NCBI RefSeq assembly: GCF_009914755.1
Contig: NC_060925.1
Length of the DNA: 64,000 nucleotides
Origin: the human T2T-CHM13v2.0 reference genome, Homo sapiens
Reading direction: 5' to 3' (one strand)
The translations under genes and the position numbers were made by a program. The notes under the pieces are model-generated. The model was not told the DNA's origin, did no database searches, and saw only the letters and a program-made list of their open reading frames with translations. This document shows positions 1 to 14,909 of this stretch, one piece after another. The stretch's first letter is position 1. Every line of letters starts with the position of its first letter.

Positions 1-349
1 AAATAGATGGAATTAATTACATAGAACTGGGGCGGATTTACTTCTTTCATTCAGTTTATGGTAACAAAAATGAGATTTGTTATAGGCAAAGACAGAACCA
101 TCAAGTACACAATGTCCGAAGGCCTTTTTCATTTTTATTTTACTTAAATGCCTTTCATCTGTCAAAAAAAAAATTAACCCCTGCCACCCCCACCTAAAAA
201 ATGGGACATCCTGAAAAGTCTTTCAAACTTAAAATTTCTAAGAGGCTTTTTGATATCTCTAAATTTTGTCATAGGGTCAAATTAACCTCTGCTAAAGCAG
301 TTCTGTGATTGGCCAACATCATAAAAGCTTTAATTCAAAATTTTGTGGG

Positions 350-722
<373 letters not shown>

Positions 723-775
723 TTAATTATATCTTTATTCTACTTTTAAAGGGCGTATTTTAAAATGTTTTGGCC

Positions 776-955
776 CAATGGTTGTCAAAGTGTAGTCCAC
801 CAACCAGTAATATCAGCATTTCTAGGGAACTTGTTAGACATGTCTTTGAGGCTCACCTCGGTCTTCCTGACTCAGGAACTCTGGGGTGGGAACCAGTAAT
901 CCTTTTAAGGAGCTCATCGGGGATCCTGAGATAAGTTAAAGTCTGACAACCACTA
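776..955. mobile_element. MER5A hAT-Charlie MITE
   Basis: CAATGGTTGTCAAAGTG...CATCAGCAT-like...GGAACTTGTTAG...TCTGACAACCACTA; terminal inverted repeats, ~180 bp. Confidence 0.85.
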
Positions 956-1000
956 GTCTAGAGAAAAGATTGATATGCTTCCATGAACAAAGACTCTCAG

Positions 1001-1216
1001 GCAGCAGCTTCCAGGTTCACAAGAACCACCTGGTGCTTTTGTTTCGGTTTTGTTTTCCAATAATCCTAATCTTGTGCTTGTTTAAGTGCAGGTTCCTGGG
1101 TTCTCCCCAAGAGAATCTGATTCAGTAGGCCTGAAGTGGGTCCAGAAATCTCATTTTAAGAAACTTGCTGGGTAATTCTGATGCAGGTGGTCCACAGATG
1201 ACTCTGAGAAGCCATA
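1001..1216. mobile_element. MER5-family MITE (MER5B/MER5A1-like)
   Basis: tctgattcagtaggcctgaagtgggtccagaaatc...ggtaattctgatgcaggtggtcc motifs. Confidence 0.65.
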
Positions 1217-1447
1217 CTTATTGTTTAGCTCTTAGTCCCTAATATAGTCATTTGACACAATTGACCACACCTGCCTCCTGGAAGTACCTTCTGCTCACTA
1301 GTCTCTCTAGGTATTATGCCTGCCTTACAGACCACTTAATCTCAGTTTCCTTTACTGAATTCACCTGTTCTTCCCAACCTGCAAATACTAGTGTGTCCAA
1401 GGCACACTCTTCATACCTAGTCTCTTTTCCATCCATGCTCACTTCCT

Positions 1448-1772
1448 TTTTTTTCTTTTCTTTTTTTTTTTCTTTTCTTTTCTTTTCTGAGACAGAGTCT
1501 GGCTCTGTCACTCAGGCTGGAGTGAAGTGGTGTGATCTTGGCTCACTGTAACCTTTGCCTCCCTGGCTCAAGCCATCCTCCCACCACCTCAGCCTCCCAA
1601 GTAGCTGGGACTACAGGTGTGCACCACCATGCCCAGCTAATTTTTGTATTTTTGTAGAAACGGGGTTTGGCTATGTTGCCCAGGCTGATCTCCAATTCCT
1701 AGGCTCAAGCACTCCACCCAACTTGGTGTCCCAAAGTGCTGGGATTACAGGCGTGAGCCACTGCGCCTGGCC
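1448..1772 (-). mobile_element. AluJ
   Basis: Poly-T plus reverse Alu; TSD catgctcacttcct at 1434-1447 and 1773-1786. Confidence 0.95.
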
Positions 1773-2111
1773 CATGCTCACTTCCTAAGTGCCAATGACA
1801 CAAACATATTTAATATATCTCCAGAAATATGTATCAAACAGACACCTCCACTTAGATATTTTAATGACACCTAAATTTAATATGTGCAACACTGAATTCT
1901 TGCTTTCCACCTTTCAGAGCTGCTCTACCCCTCCCTCTCACTAATGTTCCTATCCTCACAGATGCCACCACCATATTGTTTCTTCTAGTTTCTCAGGCTA
2001 GAACCCTAGAAATCATTCTTTTTATATTCCACTTTTATATTATCACTCCAAATTCAACCCTTTAGCAAATCTTTTCAGCTCTCTCTCTCCCTTTAAAATA
2101 TGTCCTAAATC

Positions 2112-2540
2112 AAGCCAGGTGCAGTGGCTCATGCCTGTAATCCCAGCATTTGGGAAGGCCAAGGCTGGCAGATTGCTTGAGTCCGGGACTTTGAGACCAA
2201 CCTGGGCAATATGGTGAAACTCCATCTCTACCAAAAAATAATGAAATAAAAAATTACCCGGGCATGGCAGCGCCTGCCTGTAGTCCTAGCTACCCGGGAT
2301 CCTGAAGTCGGCAGATTGGTTGAGCCCAACCTGGGCAATATGGTGAAATTCCATCTCTACCAAAAAATAACGAAATAAAAAATTACCCGGGCATGGCAGC
2401 GCCTGCCTGTAGTCCTAGCTACCCGGGATCCTGAAGTCGGCGGATTGCTTGAGCCCAGGAGGTGGAGGTTGCAGTGAGCTGAGTTTGCACCACTGTACTC
2501 CTGGGCAACAGAGTGAGACCCCATCTCAAAAACAAAAATA
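2112..2540 (+). mobile_element. AluJ with internal 129-bp tandem duplication
   Basis: 17-bp TSD aaaatatgtcctaaatc (2095-2111, 2541-2557); 2197-2325 repeated as 2326-2454. Confidence 0.95.
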
Positions 2541-3031
2541 AAAATATGTCCTAAATCTATCTATTTCTAACCTTCTTCACCTTCACCACTCTATTCCAAG
2601 CCACCAGTATTTCCTCCCTAGACAACTGTGATAGCCCTCTAATTGGTCTCCCTGATCTTCTCTTGCATGGCAGGTTAGGTGCCCCTTCTAAATTTGCAGC
2701 ATGTCATTGCTCTGCTCAACACCCTCTACTAGCTTCCCAGCTCACTTGAATATAATCCGAAGTCCTTATCATGACCTATGCATGATCCAGCTCCTGCCCC
2801 ATTCCCAAACTCAGCACTACCATGCTCTGCCTCACTCTGTTCTCCAACTTTTCTGCCCTCCTTGCTCTTCCTCTATCAAGCCAAACACATTTCCATGACA
2901 GGGTCTTTGCACTAGATGCTTCTTCTTCCTAGAATCTACCGTTACCACCCTCGCCCCTACACCAGATATTTGTACCCTCCTCATTCTGTTTCTACTCAAG
3001 TATCATATCCAGGAGACCCTCCCTGACTACT

Positions 3032-3431
3032 TGGATCAGCAAGGGTTCAACTAGAGAAACAGAACCAGTAGGAGATACATATTAAGAAATTGATTGCAAG
3101 GAATTGGCTTACATGATTGTGGGGGCTAGCTGGGTGAGTCTGAAATCCACAGGGTAGGCTGTCAAGAAGCATAGGCTGAAACTCTTATGTGCAGGCTGAA
3201 GCTGCTGTCCAGAGCTGGAATTTCTTGTTCTTCAGGGAAGCCTCAGCTTTGCTCTTAACTGATTGAATCAGGCCCACAGATTACCTAGGATGATCTCCCT
3301 TTCTTGGTGCCACCTGATTATGGTCTTTGATTACCTCTACAAAATATCTTCATAGCAACACCTAGATTAGTGTCTGATTGAATAACAGGACTACAGCCCA
3401 GAGAAGTTGACAGATACAACTGATTATCACA
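3032..3431 (-). mobile_element. MLT2 (ERVL) solo LTR, MLT2D-like
   Basis: agagaaacagaaccagtaggaga...gcaaggaattggcttacatgattgtggggg...agttgaca...tatcaca. Confidence 0.85.
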
Positions 3432-3789
3432 GTATTGTATTTAAAATAGAGCTCCTTACCTCGCTTTATTTTCTTCACAGAATTTATCACTTCCTGACAT
3501 CATTTTTATATGTTTATTTCTTTATTTATGTATTAGCTACCTCACCTACTATAATGTAAGATTCACCAGGAAAAGAATCTTGTCTTTTGATTGATTTAAC
3601 TAATATTTGTTCGAATGATCTACTTTTGGACATAGTGTTTACTTCTGCAGTTTTATTATTATGACCAATGTTAATATGAAGATCTTCACGCATACACACA
3701 CACGTATCTTGGGTCTCTTTTCCAATTTTTAATTTTTAAAAGTAATTTTGGTTTTTCCAATCTAGTTTTTCTGTTAGATTTTGATGTCA

Positions 3790-4830
3790 GGCTTATAGAG
3801 ATATAATTCTATGTTAAGTAAAATGTGCCCTTTTTAATGTACAGCTCTATGAATTCTGAAATCACATGCAGTCCTGTAACCACCATGATCAAGACAAACA
3901 GCATTTCCACCTCCCTAAATATTTCCTTCGTGCCCCTTTGTAGTCAACCCTTGCTTCACCTCGTCTCTAGAAACCACTTGTATTAGTTGGCTAGGACTGC
4001 CATAACCAAATAACACAGACTGAGTGGTTTACCTAACAGAAATGTATTGCCTCACAATTCTGATGTCTAGAAGTCCAAAGTCAAGGTCTTGGCAGGGTTG
4101 GTTCCTGGTTACATACTCTGAGGAGTATGAGGGAAATATCTTATCCAGGCCTCTCCCCTTGCCTTGCAGATGGCTGTATTCTTTCTATGTCTCTTTGCAC
4201 CATCTTCCCTCTATGCATATCTCTGTCCAAATTTTCCTCTTTTACAAGGACATCAATCATGATGAATTACAGCCCACCCTAGTGAACTCATTTTAACCTG
4301 ATTAGCTCTGTAAAGGCCCTATACCCAAATAAGGTCACATTCTGAGGTACCATTTGTTGAGTTAGGACTTCAACATACGAATTTTAGAGCAACACAATTT
4401 AATCCATAACACCACTGATCTGTTTTTCTCCATGTAGATTTATCTTTTCCAGACTATCCTATGAACTGAATCATTTATGTGGCCTTTTGCATCTATTTTC
4501 TTTCACTTCGCATAATGCCTAAGAGATTCATCCAAGATGCCTGTGTCAGAAGTTCATTCCTTGTTATTGCTGAGTAATATTTCATTGTAGGTATTGTAGT
4601 TTGTTTATCCATTCACCAGCTAAAGGACATTTGGGTTGTTTCCAGTTTAGAGCAGTTATGAATAAAGCCACTGTAAACTTCACATACTGGTTTTGTGTGC
4701 ACATATGTTTTCATTCTTTTTAAATAAATACCTAGGAATGTGACTATAAGTTATATTTAAAATTTTAACAAACTACCAAATTATTTTCCGAAGTGCATCA
4801 TTGCTCATTCCAACCAGCAATGTGTGAGGA
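3790..4830 (-). mobile_element. Old L1M 3' end (L1MB/MC-like) split by MLT1
   Basis: ttgtagtcaaccc, ttcacttcgcataatg, gtttgtttatccattca, ggacatttgggttgtttccagttt. Confidence 0.8.
3979..4411 (-). mobile_element. MLT1B/C MaLR solo LTR
   Basis: TGTATTAG...CATAACA with exact 5-bp TSD CCACT (3974-3978, 4412-4416). Confidence 0.9.
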
Positions 4831-5412
4831 CTTAAATAGTTATGAAAATTATACTTTATGACATCATTCAATAACTTAAGGATATTACTTCAGTACTGCA
4901 GAAACAATGGAGGCAGGAGGTATGGTTTTAACAAAGAGTTTATCTCTTTAACAAAGAGCTTATCTGCCTATGCTACCTCATCCCAAGAAAAGCTCTCGGT
5001 AAATACATTATTCTAAGAGAAAGACAGAGACTCTTCTAACTGAAGCAAGTTGTTTTTAAAATCAAATAATAAAGAAGGATATGTAATAAAAAGTAATTGT
5101 TCTGTGTTCCTCTGTCCTCTACCACCAGTCCCTGAACCTGGAGGCGAATCTTTTACATATGTCTCTTTTAGTTCTTCTGGTGGCTACTTCCATTTCTTTT
5201 AATAATATACCCTTCCTACTACTTTTTTATATAATACCTTCAGGTATTTTTTATTAATTTCCTGCTACTCTCCCCTGCTCATCTCCACTCTTTGTATGTT
5301 CATGTCACTATTTTTAGTTCCTGAATTGGCTACTTTTTTAACTTAATATAATACTCACACTTCTTTTTCTTTCTTTCTTTCTTCCTTTCTTTCTTAACTT
5401 AATATAATACTC

Positions 5413-5725
5413 TTTCTTTCTGTCTTTCTGTCTGTCTGTCTTTCTTTCTTTTCTTGAAACAGAGTCCTACTCTGTTGCCCAGGCTGGAGTGTAGTGGCAT
5501 GATCACAGCTCACTACAGCCTTCACCTCCTGGACTCCCACCTACGCCTCCTGAGTAGCTGGGACTACAGGCATGCACCACCACACCCAGTTAATTTTTGT
5601 ATTTTTTGTAGAATTTGGGTTTGCCATGTTGCCCAGGTTGGTCTCAAACTCCTGCGCTCAAGCAATCTGCCCACCTCAACCTCCTGGAGTGCTGGGACTA
5701 CAGGCATGAGCCACCACGCCCAGCT
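5413..5725 (-). mobile_element. AluJ with CTTT/CTGT tail
   Basis: Reverse Alu body 5455-5725. Confidence 0.9.
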
Positions 5726-5805
5726 CCAAACTTCTTTCTATTAATAATTGTCTCAAATATATATATTATCCTTTGAATTTTTCCTATACAAGAGGGGGAT
5801 AATAA

Positions 5806-5950
5806 GGCTGGTCCAAGTGCAGTGATGTTTACAACTAATTAATCACAGATTTCTTTGTCCCTTCTCCACTCCCACTGGTTCACTTGAGTAGCCTTTAAAA
5901 AATAATAAAAATAAAAAATAAAATAAAGTTTAAAATAAATAAATAAGAAG
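5806..5950 (+). pseudogene. hY3 (RNY3) Y RNA retropseudogene
   Basis: GGCTGGTCCAAGTGCAGTGATGTTTACAACTAATT...TTCTCCACTCCCACTG...CACTTGAGTAGCCTTT matches hY3 with a 10-nt internal deletion; A-rich tail; degenerate TSD aagagggggataata (5790-5804) / aagattaggataata (5951-5965). Confidence 0.93.
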
Positions 5951-6935
5951 AAGATTAGGATAATAGGACCTCCAACATTCCATTTACATTCCCTTCTTAT
6001 CTTCTGTCAATAACTCCCACATGGTCCAGGTGGATAACATTTATATTCTATTCTGTAACCATAACTATATCATCCATGTTTTGCCTATAAATTGATTTCA
6101 AAGTTGAAACTATAAACAGGATTTATATTATGATTATTGACTATTTTAATATTGTTCAATGAAGACTGCTAAGAAGATTAGTAAAGGCTTGCCTGTTAAG
6201 GAATGTTTAAAGTACAAAAATAAGGAAGATATCTGCCTAAAAGAGGCAGGTGGTAAATTAAAAGATGGCAGTGGAAAATAGAACTTCTCAACACCTGTTT
6301 TCTTCTCTCTTGAACAGAATGATTTTGAAAGTGAAGAGATTAAAACAAACATGATCAGGGGAGAACAAAGGAACGAGAAAGAGGGTGAGGAGCAACCTCT
6401 GTATCCCCGGTCCCAGTTTCTTCTAGCCACCGATGTCCTTCACCTGAAGCCTTGGTCTTCCTCAGTTTATAAAGCAGCTCTCAACAGAGAAGGTGTCAAA
6501 TGATAGATTCAAACAGAGATGCCCTAAAAAGACTGTCAAAAATATGTCCTTAAAGGTAGAGAGCAAGGCCTTCGAAAGCTGTACAGAACAAATGGTGTGG
6601 TTCATTAAAATTACTTGGATTTAAACTCATTTAATTTTTTTTCATGTTTATTTGTTCTTTTACTCAGTCTCCCTTACACACTATGCACCATGCCTCTATT
6701 TAAATGTGAGCTTCAAAAGAGCAGAGGCCTTGTTAGTCTTGTTTTCACTGTGCCCAGAATAGTGATCCACTAAGAGAAGTGCTTCATTCACTTTCTCTGG
6801 CTCATTTCTATTGGCATACAAACTGCTGTTTATCTCCACAAAATTTTCCTTGATACTATTTCCTGTACCTGCAACTGCCCCATCACCACGACTTTTTTTT
6901 TCCTCTTTGTTGTGGCAAAACATAAGAATTGCTTA

Positions 6936-7268
<333 letters not shown>

Positions 7269-7278
7269 TTATATTCCT

Positions 7279-7662
7279 TGTATTAGTCTGCTCTAGCTGC
7301 CATAACAAAAATACTATAGACTGGGTGGCTAAAACAACAGGAATTTGTTTCTCACAATGCTGAAGTCTGAGAAGTCCAAGATGAAGGTGTTAATTTGGTT
7401 TCTGAGGTTTCTCTCTCCTGGCTTGCAGATGGCCACCATCTTGCTGTGTCTTCATATGGCCTTTCCTCAGTGTGTGCCCTAGGAGAGATCTTTCTCTCTT
7501 TCTCTTCTTAAAAGGCCGCTAATCCCATCGTGAGGACCCACACTTATGGCCAAATCTAACTCTAATTGCCTCCCAAAATCCCCATTTCCAAATAACATCA
7601 CAGAGAAGGTTAGGGCTTCAACATATGAAAGTGGGGGAGACACAAACATTTGGCCCATAACA
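7279..7662 (-). mobile_element. MLT1A-type MaLR LTR (3' LTR of a provirus)
   Basis: TGTATTAGTCTGCT...GCTGCCATAACAAAA...CATAACA, followed directly by MaLR internal sequence (ttccaccactggcccccc). Confidence 0.9.
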
Positions 7663-7698
7663 TTCCACCACTGGCCCCCCAAAATGCATGTCCTTATT

Positions 7699-8699
7699 TG
7701 AAGGGGTGGCCTGCCCCTCCACACCTGTGGGTATTTCTCGTCAGGTGGGATGAGAGACTGAGAAAAGAAATAAGACACAGAGACAAAGTATAGAGAAAGA
7801 ACAGTGGGCCCAGGAGACCGGCGCTCAGCATACGGAGGACCTGCACCGGCACCAGTCTCTGAGTTCCCTCAATATTTATTGATTGCTATTTCCACTATCT
7901 CAGCAAGGGGAATGCGGCAGGAGAACGGGGTGATAGTGGGGAGAAGGTCAGCAAGAAAACATGTGAGCAAAGGAATCTGTGTCACAAATAAGTTCAAGGG
8001 AAGGTACTATGCCTGGATGTGCAGGTAGACCAGATTCATGCTTCTCTCCACCCAAACATCTCAGTGTAGTAAAGAGTAACAGAGCAGCATTGCCACCAGC
8101 ATATCTCACCTCCAGCCACAGGGCAGTTTTCTCCTATCTTAGAATAGAACGAATGTACGATCGGGTTTTATAACAAGACATTACGTTCCCAGGGGCATGC
8201 AGGAGACAGAGGCCTTCCTCTTATATCAACCGCAAGAGGCCTTCCTCTTTTACTAATCCTCCTCAGCACAGACCCTTTACGGGTGTCGGGCTGGGGGATG
8301 GTCAGGTGTTTCCCTTCCCACGAGGCCATATCTCAGGCTGTGTCAGTGGGGAGAACCCTTGGACAATACCCAGGCTTTCTTGGGCAGAGGTCCCTGCGGC
8401 TTTCCACAGTGCATTGTGCCCCTGGTTAATCGAGAATGGAGAACGGTGATGACTTTTACCAAGCATACTGCCTGTAAACATATTGTTAACAAGGTACATC
8501 CTGCACAGCCCTAGATCCCTTAAACCTTGATTCCATACAATGCATGTTTCTGTGAGCACAAGGTTGGGGCTAAAGTTACAGATTAACAGCATCTCAAGGC
8601 AAAACAATTGTTCAGGGTACAGATCAAAATGGAGTTTCTTATGTCTTCCTTTTCTACATAGACACAGTAACAGTCTGATCTCTCTTTCTTTTCCCTACA
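7699..8699 (-). mobile_element. HERV-K (HML-2) solo LTR, LTR5A
   Basis: 1001 bp, TG...CA; reverse strand starts TGTAGGGAAAAGAAAGAGAGATCAGACTGTTACTG; exact 6-bp TSD CTTATT (7693-7698, 8700-8705). Confidence 0.93.
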
Positions 8700-9019
8700 C
8701 TTATTGTATGCAAAATAAGCCATTCTGATAGCCCCTAAAGTATTTTTTTATTATTATTATACTTTAAGTTCTGGGTTACATGTGCAGAACGTGTAGTTTT
8801 GTTACATAGGTATACATGCACCATGGTGGTTTGCTGCACCCATCAACCCATCACCTACATTAGGTATTTCTCCTAATGTTATCCCTCCCCCAGCCCCCCC
8901 AACCCCCACAGGCCCTGGTGTGTGATGTTCCCCTCCCTGTGTCCATGTGTTCTCATTGTTCAACTCCCACTTATGAGTGAGAACATGCAGTGTTTGTTTT
9001 TTTTGTCTTTGCGATAGTT

Positions 9020-10090
9020 TGCTGAGAATGATGGTTTCCAGCCTCATCCATGTCCCTACAAAGGACATGAACTCATCCTTTTTTATGGCTGCATAGTATT
9101 CCATGGTGTATATGTGCCACATTTTCTTAATCCAGTCTATCATTGATGGACATTTGGGTTGGTTCCAAGTCTTTGCTATTGTGAATAGTGCCACAATAAA
9201 CATACATGTGCATGTGTCTTTATCGTAGAATGATTTATAATCCTTTGGGTATATGCCCAGTAATGAGATAACTGGGTCAAATGGTATTTCTAGTTCTAGA
9301 TCCCTGAGGAATTGCCACACTGTCTTCCACAATGGTTGAACTAGTTTACAGTCCTACCAACAGTGTAAAAGCATTCCTATTTCTCCACAACCTCTCCAGC
9401 ATCTGCTGTTTCCTGACTTTTGATGATCACCATTCTAACTGTCATGAGTTGGTATCTCATTGTGGTTTTGATTTGCATTTCTCTAATGACCAGTGATGAT
9501 GAGCATTTTTTCATGTCTGTTGGCTGCATAAATGTCTTCTTTTGAGAAGTGTCTGTTCATATCCTTTGCCCATTTTTTGATGGGGCTGTTTGCTTTTTTC
9601 TTGTAAATTTAAGTTCTTTGTAGATTCTGGATATTAGCCCTTTGTCAGAAGGATAGATTGCAAAAATTTTCTCCCATTCTGTAGGTTGCTTGTTCACTCT
9701 GATGAGAGTTTCGTTTGTTGTGCAGAAGCTCTTTAGTTTAATTAGATCCCACTTGTCAATTTTAGCTTTTGTTGCCATTGCTTTTGGTGTTTTAGACATG
9801 AAGTCTTTGCCCATGCCTATGTCCTGAATGGTGGTGCCCAGGTTTTCTTCTAGGATTTTTATGGTCCTAGGTCTTATGTTTAAGTTTTTGATCCATCTTG
9901 AGTTGATTTTCATACAAGGTATAAGGAAGGGGTCCAGTTTCAATTTTTTGCATATGGCTAGCCAGTTTTCTCAACGCCATTTATTAAATAGGGAATCATT
10001 TCCCCATTGCTTGTGTGTGTCAGGTTTGTCAAATATCAGATGGTGGTAGATGTGTGGTGTTATTTCTGAGGCCTCCATTCTGTTCTATTC

Positions 10091-10136
<46 letters not shown>

Positions 10137-12790
10137 CTGTTTTAGTACCAGTACCATGCTGTTTTGGTTACTGTAGCCTTGTAGCAAAGTTTGAAGTTAG
10201 GTAGTGTGATACCTCCAGCTTTGTTCTTCTTGCCCAGGATTGTCTTTTTTGTTTCCATATGAAGTTTAAAGTAGTTTTTTCCAATTCTGTGAAGAAAGTC
10301 AGTGGTAGCTTGATGGGGATAGCACTGAATCTACAAATTATTTTGGGCAGTATGGACATTTTCACTATATTGATTCTTCCTATCCACGAGCATGAAATGT
10401 TTTTCCATTTGTTTGTGTCCTCTCTTATTTCCTTGAGCAGTGGTTTGTAGTTCTTCTTGAAGAGGTCCTTCACATCCCTTGTAAGTTGTATTCCTAGGTA
10501 TTTTATTATCTTAGTAGCAATTGTGAATGGGAGTTCACTCATGATTTGGCTCTCTATTTGTCTGTTATTGGTGTATAGGAAGGCTTGTGATTTTTGCACA
10601 TTGATTTTGTATCCTGAGACTTTGCTGAAGTTGCTTATCAGCTTAAGATTTGGGGCTGAAACGATGGGGTTTTCTAAATATATAATCATGTCATCTGCAA
10701 ACAGAAACAATTTGACTTCCTCTCTTTCTATTCAAATACTGTTTATTGCTTTCTCTTGCCTTGATTGCCCTGGCCAGAACTTCCAATACTATGTTGAATA
10801 GGAGTGGTGAGAGAGGGCATCCTTGTCTTGTGCCAGTTTTCAAAGGGAATGCTTCCAGTTTTTGCCCATTCAGTATGATATTGGCTGTGGGTTTGTCATA
10901 AATAGCTCTAATTATTTTGAGATATGTTCCATCAATACCTAGTTCATTGAGACTTTTTAGCATGAAAGGCTGCTGAATTTTGTCAAAGGCCTTTTCTGCA
11001 TCTATTGAGATAATCATGTGTTTTTTGTCATTGGTTCTGTTTATGTGATGGATTACGTTTATTGATTTGCGTGTGTTGAACCAGCCTTCCATCCCAGGGA
11101 TGAAGCTGAATTGATTGTGGTAGATAAGCTTTTGGATGTGCTGCTGGATTCAGTTTGCCAGTATTTTATTGAGGATTTTCACATCAATGTTCATCAGGTA
11201 TGTTGCCTTGAAATTCTCTTTTTTTGTTGTGTCTCTGCCAGGCTTTGGTATCAGGATAATGCTGGCTTCATAAAATGTGTTAGGGATGATTCTCTCTTTT
11301 TCTTTGATCGCAGTAGTTTCAGAAGGAATGGTACCAGCTCCTCTTTGTGCCTCTGGTAGAATGGCTGTGAATCCATTTGGTCCTGGACTTTTTTTGGTTG
11401 GTAGGCTATTAATTATTGCCTCAATTTCAGAACCTGTTATTGGTCTATTCAGAGATTCAACTTCTTCCTGGTTTAGCCTTGGGAGGGTGTATGTATCCAT
11501 GAATTTATCCATTTCTTCTAGATTTTCTAGTTTATTTGCATAGAGGTATTTCTAGCATTCTCTGATGGCAATTTGTATTTCTGTGGGATCGGTGCTGATA
11601 TCCCCTTTATCATTTTTTATTGCATCTATTTGATTCTTCTGTCTTTTCTTCTTTATTAGTCTTCCTAGTGGTCTATTTTGTTGGTCTTTTCAAAAAACCA
11701 GCTCCTGGATTCATTGATTTTTTGAAGGGTTTTTTTGTGTCTCTATCTCCTTCAGTTCTGCTCTGATCTTAGTTCTTGTCTTCTACTAGCTTTTGAATTT
11801 GTTTGCTTTTGTCTCTCTAGTTCTTTTAATTGTGATGTTAAGGTGTCAATTTTAGATCTCTCCTGCTTTCTCTTGTGGGCATTTAGTGCTATAAATTTCC
11901 CTCTACACACTGCTTTAAATGTGTCCCAGATATTCTGGTACGTTGTGTCTTTGTTCTCATTGGTTTCAAAGAACATCTTTATTTCTGCCTTCATTTTGTT
12001 ATTTACCCAGTAGTCATTCAGGAGCAGGTTGTTCAGTTTCCATGTAGTTGTGCAGTTTTGAGTGAGATTATTAATCCTGAGTTCTAATTTGATTGCACTG
12101 TGGTCTGAGAGACAGTTTGTTGTGATTTCTCTTCTTTTGCATTTGCTGAGGAGTGTTTTACTTCCAATTATGTGGTCAATTTTAGAATAAGTGTGATGTG
12201 GTGCTGAGAAGAATGTATATTCTGTTGATTTGGGGTGGAGAGTTCTGTAGATGTCTATTAGGTCCACTCGGTCTAGAGCTGAGTTCAAGTTCTGAATATC
12301 CTTGTTAATTTTCTGTCTCATTGATCTGTCTAATATTGATAGTGGGGTGTTAAAGTCTCCCATTATTATTGTGTGGGAGTCTAAGTCTCTTTGTAGGTCT
12401 CTAAGAACTTGCTTTGTGAATCTGGGTGCTCCCGTATTGGGTGCATATATATTTAGGATAGTTAGCTCTTCTTGTTCAATAGATCCCTTTACCATTATGT
12501 AATGGCCTCCTTTGTCTCTTTTCATCTTTGTTGGTTTAAAGTCTGTTTTATCAGAGACCAGGATTGCAACCCCTGCTTTTTTTTGCTTTCCATTTACTTG
12601 GTAGATCTTCCTCCATCCCTTTATTTTGAGCCTATGTGTGTCTTTTCACATGAGATGGGTCTCCTGAATACAGCACACCAATGGGTCTTGACTCTTTATC
12701 CAATTTGCTAGTCTGTGTCTTCTAATTGGGGCATTTAGCCCATTTACATTTAAGGTTAATATTGTTATGTGTGAATTTGATCCTGTCATT
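9020..12790 (-). pseudogene. L1 ORF2 (endonuclease/reverse transcriptase), frameshifted
   Basis: ORF pieces 11752-12525 (EN: [17 protein letters not shown]), 10691-11092 ([16 protein letters not shown]), 10168-10710 (LFADDMI), 9557-9943, 8802-9332; boundaries approximate. Confidence 0.93.
10091..10136. repeat. (TA)n microsatellite inside L1
   Basis: Direct read. Confidence 0.95.
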
Positions 12791-12824
12791 ATGATGCTAG
12801 CTGGTTATTTTGCCCACTAATTGA

Positions 12825-14170
<1,346 letters not shown>

Positions 14171-14768
14171 GTGGTTTTATCTACCTTTGGTCTTTGATGT
14201 TGGTGACCTACGGATGAGGTTTTGGTGTAGATGTCCTTTTTGTTGATGTTGATGCTATTCTTTTCTGTTTGTTGGTTTTTCTTCTAACAGAGAAGCCTCT
14301 CAGTTGCAGGTCTGTTGGAGTTTGCTGGAGGTCCACTCCAGACCTTGTTTGCCTGGGTATCACCAGCAGAGGCTGCAGAATAGCAAATATTGCTGCCTGA
14401 TCCTTCCTCTGGAAGCTTCATCCCAGAGGGGCACCCACCTGTATGAGGTGTCTGTCAGCCCCTACTGGGAGGTGTCTCCCAGTCAGGCTACACAGGGGTC
14501 AGGGACCCACTTGAGGAGGCAGTCTGTCTGTTATTGGAGCTCGAATGCCGTGCTGGGAGAACAACTGCTCTCTTCAGAATGGTCAGGCAGGGATGTTTAA
14601 GTATGGAGAAGCTGTCTGCTGCCTTTTGTTCAGATATGCCCTGCCCTCATAGGTGGAATCTAGAGAGGCAGTAGGCCTTGCTGAGCTCCAGTGGGCTCCA
14701 CCCAGTTCGAGCTTCCCTGCCACTTTGTTTACACTGTGAACATAGAACCACCTACTCAAGCCTCAGCA

Positions 14769-14909
14769 ATGGTGGACACCCCTCCCCCCACCAAGCTCCG
14801 GCATCCCAGGTTGATCTCAGACTGCTGCGCTAGCAGCAAGCAAGGCTCTGTGAGCATAGGACCTGCTGAGCCAGGCACAGGAGGGGATCTCCTGGTCTGC
14901 AGGTTGTGA
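14769..14909 (+). pseudogene. L1 ORF0 homologue, truncated at 46 aa
   Basis: MVDTPPPTKLRHPRLISDCCASSKQGSVSIGPAEPGTGGDLLVCRL* aligns with L1 ORF0 (MAGAPPPASLPPCSLISDCCASNQRDSVGVGPSEPG...), antisense in the 5'UTR. Confidence 0.85.

Larger units (their letters stand above)
1240..3600 (+). mobile_element. L2 fragments (interrupted by Alus and MLT2)
   Basis: Pyrimidine-rich L2 3' motifs such as ccaagccaccagtatttcctcccta, aattggtctccctg, ataatgtaagatt. Confidence 0.65.
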
